64,000 nucleotides of DNA from Verrucomicrobiota bacterium. GTDB lineage: Bacteria; Verrucomicrobiota; Verrucomicrobiia; Opitutales; Coraliomargaritaceae. The position numbers and the translations under genes were made by a program. Shown here piece after piece: positions 12,796-22,002 of the stretch (position 1 is its first letter; every line of letters starts with the position of its first letter). The DNA is taken from NCBI GenBank assembly GCA_039815375.1, contig JBCBZJ010000003.1, forward strand, positions 64,001-128,000, in the 5' to 3' direction. The notes under the pieces are model-generated. The model was not told the origin of the DNA. It did no database searches and saw only the letters and a list, made by a program, of their open reading frames with translations.

Positions 12796-13242
12796 ATGGC
12801 TAAGATATACAAGCACTCCGGCACGCATCTTTTCCTTCTTTTTTGGAAAGCTTCGCATGCGGTGATGCGTTACGATCAAAGCAGTATCAGCGCTTCTGGT
12901 TTTAGCTCGCTATCCGACTTCGCGGTTCTGGAAGTGCTTCTTCACAAGGGCTCGTTACCCGTTAACACAATCGGCGAGAAGGTCCTGCTAACGAGTGGTT
13001 CGATTACGACAGCAGTTCAACGTCTCGAGAAAAAGGGACTTGTTCGCAGGGAGAAGAGTGATGCTGATGCCCGAGTTGTGCTCGTCCATCTGACCGCAGA
13101 GGGTCGCAGCTTAATCGAAGAAGCATTTCTTGAACATACGTCTAATCTCGATCGTCTTTTTGCGGTCTTGGACGATGAGGAACGCGAGCAGTTTGCCAAT
13201 CTCATACGCAAAATCGGCACTCATGCAGAAAAGCTGAAATAA
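12796..13242 (+). CDS. MarR-family regulator (MhqR-like)
   Basis: DFAVLEVLLHKG...IGEKVLLTSGSIT...LEKKGLVRR...D winged-helix pattern resembling Bacillus MhqR. Confidence 0.85.
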   Translation: MAKIYKHSGTHLFLLFWKASHAVMRYDQSSISASGFSSLSDFAVLEVLLHKGSLPVNTIGEKVLLTSGSITTAVQRLEKKGLVRREKSDADARVVLVHLTAEGRSLIEEAFLEHTSNLDRLFAVLDDEEREQFANLIRKIGTHAEKLK

Positions 13243-13254
13243 AATTTACACAAA

Positions 13255-13272
13255 TATCTCTATATCAAGATA
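13255..13272. promoter_or_regulatory. Second MhqR-like operator upstream of the pirin gene
   Basis: TATCTCTATATCAAGATA imperfect palindrome sharing the ATCAAG half-site with the 12749 box. Confidence 0.55.
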
Positions 13273-13293
13273 AATAGTTTAGAAGGACACATC

Positions 13294-14010
13294 ATGAATA
13301 CAAACAAGCAGATTACGCGTGCCGACGAGCGCATGCACACCAAGATCGACTGGCTTGACAGTCGGCACAGCTTCTCTTTCGGCGGGCATTACGATCCCGA
13401 GCGGATGGGTTTTGGGCCACTGCGTGTGGTCAATGAAGACCATGTTGCACCTGGTGGTGGCTTTCCCGCACACCCGCATAGTGACATGGAGATCATCAGC
13501 ATCGTTCTCGATGGTCAACTTGAGCACAAAGACAGCTTGGGCAATGGCCGGACTATCGAAACCGGCGATATCCAATACATGAGTGCCGGAAGCGGCGTCG
13601 TCCACAGCGAGTTCAATCCTTCGGATGAGAACCCGGTCCACTTCATGCAGATATGGATTCAGCCTAATGCGATGGGCCTCGAGCCACGCTATGCCGATCA
13701 GCCGATCATCGGTGAAGTCGAAAATGCGTGGAAACTCATTCTTTCACCCGATGGGCGCGATGGTTCGATGGCAATTCGGCAGGATGTCGAGCTACGCACT
13801 GTTCAACTGAGCCAAGGCGCATCGATCGAATACGAAACGGATCAGTCTGGGCGTGGCTTCTGGCTTTTCGTGATCGAAGGCGAAGTTGAGGTCGACAGCA
13901 ATCAGCTGGCGACAGGCGATTCGATTGCGACTCAGGGATTTGAGAGTCTCAAGATGATGAATCGATTGAATCCGACTGCAAAAATCATGTTATTTGATCT
14001 GCCTCTGTAG
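13294..14010 (+). CDS. Pirin family protein (YhhW-like)
   Basis: WLDSRHSFSF, HPHSDMEI, HKDSLGN, MSAGSGVVHSE and QIWIQP motifs. Confidence 0.92.
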   Translation: MNTNKQITRADERMHTKIDWLDSRHSFSFGGHYDPERMGFGPLRVVNEDHVAPGGGFPAHPHSDMEIISIVLDGQLEHKDSLGNGRTIETGDIQYMSAGSGVVHSEFNPSDENPVHFMQIWIQPNAMGLEPRYADQPIIGEVENAWKLILSPDGRDGSMAIRQDVELRTVQLSQGASIEYETDQSGRGFWLFVIEGEVEVDSNQLATGDSIATQGFESLKMMNRLNPTAKIMLFDLPL

Positions 14011-14054
14011 TTTTATGAGCTCGAACGCGTTTCATCAGCAAAACCAAAATACCA

Positions 14055-14963
14055 ATGCTACCAGATCCAGATACCTTGATTTCAACCGCAGCGGAAGATG
14101 TTGATTCTTTCGATGGCGTTCTCGTCGATGTCCGTATACCCGAAGCGTTTGGCGAAGCCCACATTCGAGGAGCCGTCAATTTTCCAGTCTATCAAGTGGA
14201 CTTTCTTAAGAATTTCCCGGCAGCCTATCCTGATAAGTCGACCAGGATCTTGGTTTATGGTGATGGTGGCCCTTACAAGGCCGATATGGCTGCGGTTGGC
14301 CGCCTTGAGTATCTCGGCTATTCCAATGTGAGTGTGCTTGAAGGTGGGCTCGACGGATGGAAAGCCGATGGTCGATCTATAGAAGGCTCAGGCATTGCGG
14401 AAGTGGACTTCGCATCAGGAAGATTTGGGCTCGACGTCGAACGCACCAAAGTTCGTTGGGTCGGACGCAATCTCATGAATCAGCATGATGGCGAGGTGGC
14501 CGCAAGCGGAGGCTTCGTGGAAGTCGACGAGAGCGGAGTGCCGGTTGCAGGCAAGGTTACGGTGAACATGAAAGAGATGACCTGTCACGACTTGGAAGAT
14601 AAGTCGCTGGCTGCAGGACTAATTAGCCATCTGTCAAATGCAGATTTCTTTGATGTCGAGAATCACCCGGAGGCGTCGATTGAACTGACGGATGCTGAGG
14701 CAATCGAGGGCGCGAGCTATGGTCTATCGAACTTCAAAGTCTCCGGCTTACTTTCGGCACGTGGACGCTCCGTAAAGATAACTTTCGACGCCTTGGTTCA
14801 ACCGATCGAAGGTGGCTATGTCTTTCAAGCGAACTTCGACTTCGACCGCACGCAGCTCGGTGCGCTTTACGGTTCGGGCCGTATCTTCGAACGCCTCGGC
14901 ATGCACATCGTCAACGACATGGTTAGCATGGATATAACCGCGTTCTTCACTGTATCCGAATAA
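14055..14963 (+). CDS. Rhodanese-like domain fused to YceI (polyisoprenoid-binding) domain
   Basis: LVDVR...HIRGA...LEGGLDGW (rhodanese) followed by VRWVGR...HDG...HLSNADFFDVENHP...DRTQ (YceI). Confidence 0.8.
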   Translation: MLPDPDTLISTAAEDVDSFDGVLVDVRIPEAFGEAHIRGAVNFPVYQVDFLKNFPAAYPDKSTRILVYGDGGPYKADMAAVGRLEYLGYSNVSVLEGGLDGWKADGRSIEGSGIAEVDFASGRFGLDVERTKVRWVGRNLMNQHDGEVAASGGFVEVDESGVPVAGKVTVNMKEMTCHDLEDKSLAAGLISHLSNADFFDVENHPEASIELTDAEAIEGASYGLSNFKVSGLLSARGRSVKITFDALVQPIEGGYVFQANFDFDRTQLGALYGSGRIFERLGMHIVNDMVSMDITAFFTVSE

Positions 14964-15099
14964 CCACTACATGAAGCTTTATTAGGATTACGCCCTTAGC
15001 TTTATGATTCCATTCGTCAAGCAAGCTGAGCTTGTTTGCAGTAACAGTGCACGTCGTTCGGGTTACAACTTGGTCACTTACGGCGTGTTCTAAGTATTC

Positions 15100-15681
15100 T
15101 CGAAGGTTCATGCGGTCGGGGACCGACCTGCGCTACCAGGTTTAGTAGATTCCCGTTGTTTGGTGTAGTTCGGAATCTGTTATAGGTAGCGCGGCCCCGT
15201 CCCGGGGCGCATATCCGTCGTGCTGGCTGGTCGTTTCGAAGGTTCATGCGGTCGGGGACCGACCTGCGCTACCAAGTTTAGTAGATTCTCGTTGTTTGGT
15301 GCACTTTGGAATCTGTTATGGGTAGCGCGGCCCCGTCCCGGGGCGCAGATGCGTTGTGCTGGCCGGTCGTTTCGAAGTTTCGTGCGGTCGGGGACCGACC
15401 TGCGCTACCAAGTTTAGTAGATTCCCGTTGTTTGGTGCAGTTTGGAATCTGTTATGGGTAGCGCGGCCCCGTCCCGGGGCGCACATGCGTCGTGCTGGCC
15501 GGTCGTTTCGAAAGTGCGTGCGGTCGGGGACCGACCTGCGCTACCAGGTTTAGTAGATTCCCGTTGTTTGGTGTAGTTCGGAATCTGTTATGGGTAGCGC
15601 GGCCCCGTCCCGGGGCGCATATCCGTCGTGCTGGCCGGTCGTTTCGAAATTTCATGCGGTCGGGGACCGACCTGCGCTACC
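15100..15681. repeat. BIME/REPIN-like tandem array, 136-bp period, of two inverted REP hairpins
   Basis: REP-A GGTAGCGCGGCCCCGTCCCGGGGCGC (+) at 15185, 15321, 15457, 15593; REP-B GGTAGCGCAGGTCGGTCCCCGACCGC (-) at 15112-15137, 15248-15273, 15384-15409, 15520-15545, 15656-15681. Confidence 0.92.
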
Positions 15682-16135
15682 TTTCGAACTCGGTTGCGTT
15701 CCAAGTGTATGGCCAATCCTCGGGCCTTTGAGTAAGGTTGGCTCTGACCGGGTTCTGTCTGAGGTAGTTTTCTTTTTCTTCAAGCGATGATTGATCCCGG
15801 ATACGGTGTTCAAAAAATCCATCCTGCCACTCGATTCCAGCGGATCGATTTAGAAAGCGCTTCCATGGTGAGATGATCTCTCGAATTGAGTAGGTCGCTG
15901 TGTTCAGCGAAAGTAAACCGTGGATATGATCAGGCATTAAAACGACGAGTTGAGGCCACCATTTGTTGTTTTTTGTATAGTGCCGAACAGCTTCTTTGAT
16001 CACTGAGGCATTGCCGTTTCGAATCAGCGAATCGACATTTCGTGTTTTTGCATTGATTGTAATGAAGTAGGTTGCTCCGTCTCGAACCCAAGTAGGCATA
16101 CTGTGTTCCAGGCGTGCTCGGTGAAACTGAGGCAT
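15677..16135 (-). mobile_element. REP-associated tyrosine transposase (RAYT/TnpA-REP, IS200-like Y1 HUH)
   Basis: TYFIT, MPDHIH (HUH), WQDGFFEHRIR and Y-LRQNPVRA...WPY motifs; flanked on both sides by GTAG-headed REPs. Confidence 0.9.
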
Positions 16136-16188
16136 ACGAAAATAACGTGAGCTTCCAGTCGCGCGTGTCAGCCATATTTTAGATTATG

Positions 16189-16277
16189 GGTAGCGCGGCC
16201 CCGTCCCGGGGCGCACATGCGTCGTGCTGGCCGGTCGTTTCAAAGGTTCGTGCAGTCGGGGACCGACCTGCGCTACC
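16189..16277. repeat. Single REP-A/REP-B doublet on the 5' side of the RAYT
   Basis: REP-A at 16189-16214; REP-B (one mismatch) at 16252-16277; inner spacer similar to that of the array. Confidence 0.9.
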
Positions 16278-16306
16278 AGCTGGAACTCATGTCAATATGG
16301 ATCGCC

Positions 16307-17704
16307 TCAATCAGAGGCGGTGCTCTCCGAATATTTGGGCTTCATTGTCATCCATGATTTTGTGGATGGCTTGTTCTTGTTTTTCGATATGGGAAAGCAA
16401 GCTTCGGTTCGGCGCAGGAAGTAGGCGCAGGCGACAAAGCACAGGCCGACGGCCACGCCGAACAGCAGGACAACAAAAAGCTTATCGGCCGTTGTCGTCT
16501 CGGTGAGTCCCATCTCTACCCCGGAGATCTGTAGTGCGCCGCCGATGACGACGAAGGCGACGGCGCGGGCAATTTTGACACCGGACTTCTGGAGTGCGAA
16601 GAAAAGGCTCTCTTTGCGCTTACCTGTCTTCGCTTCATCTTGGTCGATCAGGTCGGTAATCATCGAGTCGACGAGGAAGACCGATCCGCAGAGCACACCC
16701 CCAAAAGCCGAAATGAGAATCGGCGGCCATATTTGACCGGCGGGAAGTAATGGATATGCAATGATCCCCATGATTCCGAGCAGGCCGACGGAGACCCATG
16801 CGGGACGTGCCTTGCCATAGCGCTTTGAGAGTTTCACCCACAGCGGGATCGAGAGAACGATACAGAGCGTGAAAATCGGAAATATGATACGAGTGACGTC
16901 TTCCTCGCTTAGGTTAAGAACAAGGCGATAGTAAAGTAGAGCCAGAGCTGCATTTACAGTCCGTCCGATTGCAGCGATGATCGATGCTGTCATGATGCGG
17001 CGGAAGAACTTTTCTTTTAAAACGGCTAGTGCCTCTCGAAAGCTAGGCAGTTCGACTTGACGGCCTGCAGCACTGGCGTGGTCGACCTTTCGCAAGCCGA
17101 TGAATGTAATGATCGATGCAAAGACGACCATTGCTGCCAGGACGTAGCCGCCGATTGTTCTGGATCGTGCGGCCGCTTCGATACTTTCGCCTCCGAGAAA
17201 GAAGCCGGGGATGGTGCTACCGATAATCAAGCCAAGGATTCCGAGCCCAAGTCGTGATGCGAGCAGCTTGTTGCGCTCGTCCGACTTGTGGCTCAGCTCT
17301 GCGCTCATGCTGGTTTGCGGCAGGTCAATCAAGGTCATTCCTGTATTCACCAGAGAGTAGGCAATAAGCAGATGCAGAAAGAGGGAGAGCTCACTTTGAG
17401 CTGCATTGGCGGAAAAGAGATAGGCAATTGAGCCGCCGAGAATGACTCCGCCTCCAAGAACGAAGCTGGTATAGAGAACGCCTTTCTGGCGGGCTTTAAA
17501 TAGGCACACGGAAACAACGAGATCACTGATCGCATCCCAGAGTATTGCGATCGCGAATGCGGTGCCTGCCAAGGCTGGGGATAGCCCCAAGAGCCGGGTG
17601 AAAAAATCAAAGAGATACAGCTGTAGCATCATCTCGATCGCAACCTTGCCGGTGCTGGCGCTCCCGTAGGTGACGAAGTGATGAAACTTCAAGACTCTCA
17701 CCAT
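16307..17704 (-). CDS. MFS transporter, glycoside-pentoside-hexuronide (MelB/GPH-like) family
   Basis: ~12 TM helices; WDAISD, LPQTSMSAELS..ER and DLIDQDE...KRKE motifs; start taken at ATG 17704. Confidence 0.8.
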   Translation of the reverse strand: MVRVLKFHHFVTYGSASTGKVAIEMMLQLYLFDFFTRLLGLSPALAGTAFAIAILWDAISDLVVSVCLFKARQKGVLYTSFVLGGGVILGGSIAYLFSANAAQSELSLFLHLLIAYSLVNTGMTLIDLPQTSMSAELSHKSDERNKLLASRLGLGILGLIIGSTIPGFFLGGESIEAAARSRTIGGYVLAAMVVFASIITFIGLRKVDHASAAGRQVELPSFREALAVLKEKFFRRIMTASIIAAIGRTVNAALALLYYRLVLNLSEEDVTRIIFPIFTLCIVLSIPLWVKLSKRYGKARPAWVSVGLLGIMGIIAYPLLPAGQIWPPILISAFGGVLCGSVFLVDSMITDLIDQDEAKTGKRKESLFFALQKSGVKIARAVAFVVIGGALQISGVEMGLTETTTADKLFVVLLFGVAVGLCFVACAYFLRRTEACFPISKNKNKPSTKSWMTMKPKYSESTASD

Positions 17705-17723
17705 CTTAAAATTAATTAGCTGA

Positions 17724-18599
17724 TTAGCGGCTACGGCGTAGTCTTGGAAAAAGTGAAGGCGTGCTATCCTTATATGCCTGATAGGCTTCAAGGTGGCCCC
17801 ACTTCGCATCAGCACGTTTCTCCAGCATCGGGACGCCGCTCACATAATTGAGCAATGCAAACTTAAACAGAGGCGAGGCGAGTGCTAGGAATTGCCAGCC
17901 GACCAAGGTTGGACTGGCGATGATTGCAATTCCGACCCAAAGCGTTATCTCACCGAAGTAGTTCGGGTGCCTGGAGTGCGCCCAGAGGCCCGTAGCGATA
18001 AACCGGCCCTCATTTTCTGGGTCTTTTTTGAAGCGGGTCTTTTGCATATCTGCGATCGTTTCAAATCCGTAGCCAAAGAACCAAATCGCGGCCCCAGCGA
18101 ATAAAAAGCCGTCAACGCTTCCCGTTGGCTGCAAAAGGGCAACAATCACAGGAGCAAGAGCAAACGCCACCCAAAGTCCTTGTGCGGTCCATGCAAAAAG
18201 AAAACGCGGGAACGACTTTTTTATCTCATCGAAGCGTTGGTCTTTGCCAGACCGTCGGACGCGGCGAAACAAAAAGAACGACAGACGCCCTCCCCAGAGC
18301 ACAACCATCGCAAATAAAGTGATAGAGCGAAAGTCCACGGACGGTCCAAGAGCCAAACAGAACGCGGTCACTGCCATGAAACTCGAGCCTCCAACTAAGT
18401 CGTAAAAATGCTCTGTTTGCTTGAACCAGGCGGGAATAAAAGCCATCCACTGGATGCCGAATGCAAGTCCGATAACTGCAGCGATAATGTTGCGCGAGGC
18501 TGCAGTTTCGCTGTCACGCCCAAGCGCAAGTATTAGGACTACCCCAATGCTCACGGCAATGGTGGTTCCTAGGATTGCAGTTCTGGTGGCGGAATTCAT
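17724..18599 (-). CDS. DUF1295 / steroid 5-alpha-reductase-like membrane protein
   Basis: WGGRLS, DQRF, ETIADMQK, GLWAHSRHPNYFGE and SGVPMLE motifs; start taken at ATG 18599. Confidence 0.85.
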   Translation of the reverse strand: MNSATRTAILGTTIAVSIGVVLILALGRDSETAASRNIIAAVIGLAFGIQWMAFIPAWFKQTEHFYDLVGGSSFMAVTAFCLALGPSVDFRSITLFAMVVLWGGRLSFFLFRRVRRSGKDQRFDEIKKSFPRFLFAWTAQGLWVAFALAPVIVALLQPTGSVDGFLFAGAAIWFFGYGFETIADMQKTRFKKDPENEGRFIATGLWAHSRHPNYFGEITLWVGIAIIASPTLVGWQFLALASPLFKFALLNYVSGVPMLEKRADAKWGHLEAYQAYKDSTPSLFPRLRRSR

Positions 18600-18814
18600 T
18601 TTTTTTGAGTCTGGCTTTTCAGCTGCGCACAATGAGCAGTAATATAAAATCGAAGTTATCGCCAGTAACATACAGTTTTGTCGTTTTCTCTTGAAAAAGC
18701 GCAGATGCCTGCCGAGTGGACTTGAATAGTTGAGAAGTTGAACAGATGGCATAACCTCCTGATGAGAAATGAGCTTGTGCTCGCATTTCGCACTTCTTTA
18801 GCTAGGATTCCGGA

Positions 18815-19597
18815 GTGCAAGTAAATCGAATTCACCTTTCAACCTGCCTCATTCTGACTTTTGGGTTCACCTATCAGTTGGTAGCCGAGTCGTCCTGGGC
18901 CAGCAAAGCCTTCTCTCTCTTCAAGTCGAACGAAGAGGCGATTGTGGAAAGCGATCTTTTTAAAGATGCGGACGAATTGGCAAAGGCTCTTCGGGAGACT
19001 CTGGCAGTCTCGGCAGAAAGAGCCTTAACGGATCTCGCGCGTGAGGGTGGCTTTTCAAGTTCAACGAATGCGATTTCGCTGCCGGCCAGTGTGGAGAAGC
19101 TGCGCAAGCCTCTTGCTTTGGTGAAGCAGGATCACTTACTGGACGATGCCGAGGCGACGATGAATCGGGCAGCCGAACTCGGGGTTGCCGCAGCTCCAGG
19201 TATCGTTAAAAATGCAATTAACAGCCTCACACTCAAAGATCTCGAGACGCTTTGGAAAGGAGAGGACGACGCGGTGACTCGCTTTTTAGAATCGAAGTCC
19301 CGTTCCGCACTCTCCGAAAAAACGCTACCTCTGATTTCTAAAGCCACAGAGCAGAGTGGAGCCACCAAGACTTACAAGGAGCTCATCGCGGCAGTTCCCG
19401 ATACCAAAGGCGGACTTTTTTCGAAGATACAATCTTTTACCGGTATCGGTGCTTCCAGTTTCGATCTCGACGAATACATCAACGATCAGGCGCTTGATGC
19501 TCTCTTTGCCACGATGGCCGCTGAGGAAAAACAAATTCGTGAAAATCCAGCGGCGCAGACGACCGACCTCTTAAAGCGACTTTTTAGTAGTAATTGA
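18815..19597 (+). CDS. DUF4197 family secreted protein
   Basis: ALRETL..SAERA..L..EGGF, MNRAAE, ALDALF..MAAEE..IRENP...TTDLLKRLF pattern. Confidence 0.8.
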   Translation: MQVNRIHLSTCLILTFGFTYQLVAESSWASKAFSLFKSNEEAIVESDLFKDADELAKALRETLAVSAERALTDLAREGGFSSSTNAISLPASVEKLRKPLALVKQDHLLDDAEATMNRAAELGVAAAPGIVKNAINSLTLKDLETLWKGEDDAVTRFLESKSRSALSEKTLPLISKATEQSGATKTYKELIAAVPDTKGGLFSKIQSFTGIGASSFDLDEYINDQALDALFATMAAEEKQIRENPAAQTTDLLKRLFSSN

Positions 19598-19853
19598 ATC
19601 GCGCAGGAATATAGCGTTTTGAGGAAGAGCGTAGCTCTGTTCCAGGGCGCGCCGCATCATGTTGACTGGGTGTTTTCGAATTTCTTAGCTGAGAAGCGCA
19701 CATCGCTGTCCGTCAGAGCTGCAGTCACGTAGGATTGCGACGCGCGGATCTAAAATCGGTGGTTCTTTGGTTTCTAAAATGACCAATAGTTATCTCGAAA
19801 TTTGCATTTTTATTTTGTATGATTACTGCTGAATTTTAGGAGTTCTTTAGTCC

Positions 19854-21230
19854 ATGAATCAGTTAATTACATACTCTACGTGTATTTTTTTAATAGTATC
19901 ATCTGGCCATGCGCTCGACCCATCGGGCTCTTGGAAATCAGGTGATTTTGAGCAAAGTTTTTTGACGACAACAGACCCTTTCAGTGTCAACTGGAGCAGT
20001 AGTGATATTGCAATTGAGGACATAACAATTGGATCAAACCGAGAGATCACGGATTCAGATTCAACAGGCCTTTGGTTCTTTTCGGATAATTTATTCAATG
20101 CAGTCGATGCTTCGAATGATACTGCTTGTGTGCCAATTACCGAAAATTTGGATGTCTTCTCATTTGTGTCCAATGAGTTTTTTTCGGACGAAAGTGGCTT
20201 GTTTGAGGAAGTTGACTTTGAAATTGGAGTCCGATTGCCGGAAACAGACTTCACCGCAGCAGATGTTGCAGGCACCTGGCACCTTTTCCGTCAGACTGAC
20301 GTAACTTTTGAGAGCAACGAGTCAGACGATTCCGGGTATGCAGTGATTTTCCACGCGAGAGACGAACTCGTCTTGAATAGTAATGGGACCTTCACTTTGA
20401 CTGAAATTGAAACGACAGACCCTTCAGGAGTGGACAGTCCTTTCAGCGGAACGTGGAATACTGCAAATCGGCAAATCAACCTCATGGTTGGAAACGATAG
20501 CCTGAATATAGCGAACATCTCTTCCGGCTTGGACACCTTTATAAATCACCGGCTGGAAACTTTTAATAATGCTACTTTCACTAACTTCGACCGATCCATT
20601 GAGGTTGCGATCAAGGAGCCCTCAACTCTAAGTAGCACTGACGTTTTGGGCCTATGGGCATTGACTGAGTTTACGACTGACGTCGACACAAGCGGAGGGG
20701 CAACGAACTTCCTTTTCAGCGATGCCTATTACGGGATGGGTTATGTCACTTTCAAGGCCGATGGAACAGGGACACTTGAGATCTTTGAAACGAGCAATGC
20801 ATCCGAATTCATTAGTGGGAGTTTTTTGTGGGTAGTTGTAGGAAACAAGATCCGGATCATAGATTCAGAACTCGATTCAATTGAATTTTTTGTTTCGGCA
20901 GAAAAAGACTTTGGAGTCAGCTTGTATATCCAGAATGAATCTGGCGGAGACAATGAATTGTATAACTTTGCGACGCTCTGCAAACTACCTGATGCGCCAG
21001 GGTTCAGCGCATCTCAGTCTAATATCATCCTTGGCGCTAGTCCCGATATTAGCGTCGAAACTGAAAGTGGCCTTTTTTATCAACTGCAGCGTAGCGTCAA
21101 CTTAGAAGCATGGTCTGATGTTGGAGAGCCGATTGCGGGCGATGGCACTGTCCAGAATGCACAGGATCTTTCTGCGCCAAATGATCGCGCATTTTATCGC
21201 TGGACGATTGTCGTGCCCGCTCAAGATTGA
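19854..21230 (+). CDS. Secreted acidic beta-rich repeat protein with verrucomicrobial-type C-terminal domain
   Basis: Signal peptide; three ~125-aa modules starting GSW/GTW/GLW; C-terminal YQLQRSVNLEAW...RAFYR. Confidence 0.7.
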   Translation: MNQLITYSTCIFLIVSSGHALDPSGSWKSGDFEQSFLTTTDPFSVNWSSSDIAIEDITIGSNREITDSDSTGLWFFSDNLFNAVDASNDTACVPITENLDVFSFVSNEFFSDESGLFEEVDFEIGVRLPETDFTAADVAGTWHLFRQTDVTFESNESDDSGYAVIFHARDELVLNSNGTFTLTEIETTDPSGVDSPFSGTWNTANRQINLMVGNDSLNIANISSGLDTFINHRLETFNNATFTNFDRSIEVAIKEPSTLSSTDVLGLWALTEFTTDVDTSGGATNFLFSDAYYGMGYVTFKADGTGTLEIFETSNASEFISGSFLWVVVGNKIRIIDSELDSIEFFVSAEKDFGVSLYIQNESGGDNELYNFATLCKLPDAPGFSASQSNIILGASPDISVETESGLFYQLQRSVNLEAWSDVGEPIAGDGTVQNAQDLSAPNDRAFYRWTIVVPAQD

Positions 21231-21309
21231 TGGGCTGGATTTATTACCAATTTCGGCTATGCGGGGGCTTTGCCACCTCATGTAAAAGGCGTTTCTAAGC
21301 GGAACTGCT

Positions 21310-22002
21310 CTAGCATCCGGTAGCCGGAATGACTTGCTTCGGTGCGATGGCAAATGCTTTGCAGTCCGTCTTGGATTCGATCTTTTTCCCTCCTGTAAAT
21401 TCCGAGAATGCAGGCAGAATCGCGTATCTTTTACCGAAGTAGAAGCAGGGAAGCGTGATCGAATCGTTACGACTGTGCATAGAAAGCAGCGGGTGTATAT
21501 GTCCGCCGATCGTGTAGTTTTCTGTTGTTTCGTTGGGGTCGTGGACGAGGTCGAAGGGCCCAACTCGAATTGAAGCAGAAGTCTTCTCGATGTCCCATTT
21601 TTCTGGTAGATCCGGGAAATGCCGGTCGTGGTTGCCGGGAATAAGTTGCATCTCAATAGGGTTTTGTATCCGCCATTTGGATACTTCTTGGATGACCTCT
21701 TCGCTCATGCCATCTCGATTGTGGATCAGATCGCCAAGAACATAGACCCGTTCAGCGGGTCGGCTGTTGATGCAACTCGCGAGGCGAGCAAGATCAGATC
21801 CCAAAACGCCGTGTGGCAAACTTCTGCCCCGGACGCGGAAGGCTTCGTCTTTACCCCAGTGAAGGTCTGCGACGAGGAGGGCACACTGGCTAGGCCAGTA
21901 GATCGCTCGTTGGTGAAGCAGCTCGAGCCGTTCGCCGAGAAGCTCAATCAGACAGCTGCCGTTAGGATTGTTTTGTTGAAGGAGCGTTGCTACCGGAGCC
22001 AT
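21310..22002 (-). CDS. pdeM: Ligase-associated DNA damage response metallophosphoesterase
   Basis: ADLHWGK, LGDLIH, GNHD, GHIHP and LPAFSEFTGG motifs; coupled to the Lhr-like helicase. Confidence 0.88.
   Translation of the reverse strand: MAPVATLLQQNNPNGSCLIELLGERLELLHQRAIYWPSQCALLVADLHWGKDEAFRVRGRSLPHGVLGSDLARLASCINSRPAERVYVLGDLIHNRDGMSEEVIQEVSKWRIQNPIEMQLIPGNHDRHFPDLPEKWDIEKTSASIRVGPFDLVHDPNETTENYTIGGHIHPLLSMHSRNDSITLPCFYFGKRYAILPAFSEFTGGKKIESKTDCKAFAIAPKQVIPATGC

Noticed and set aside
15100..15681. CRISPR array
   Set aside because: The inter-repeat sequences are near-identical rather than unique spacers, the repeats alternate in orientation, there are no cas genes, and the adjacent RAYT explains them as REPs.
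15220..15790. Repeated short ORFs (MLAGRF...) in the ORF track
   Set aside because: They are translations of the REP array that shift frame with the 136-bp period; no sign of real coding.
19728..19744. 17-bp match cgtaggattgcgacgcg, also at 24559-24575
   Set aside because: The second copy is inside the Fe ABC ATPase coding sequence and no mobile-element context exists; likely chance.
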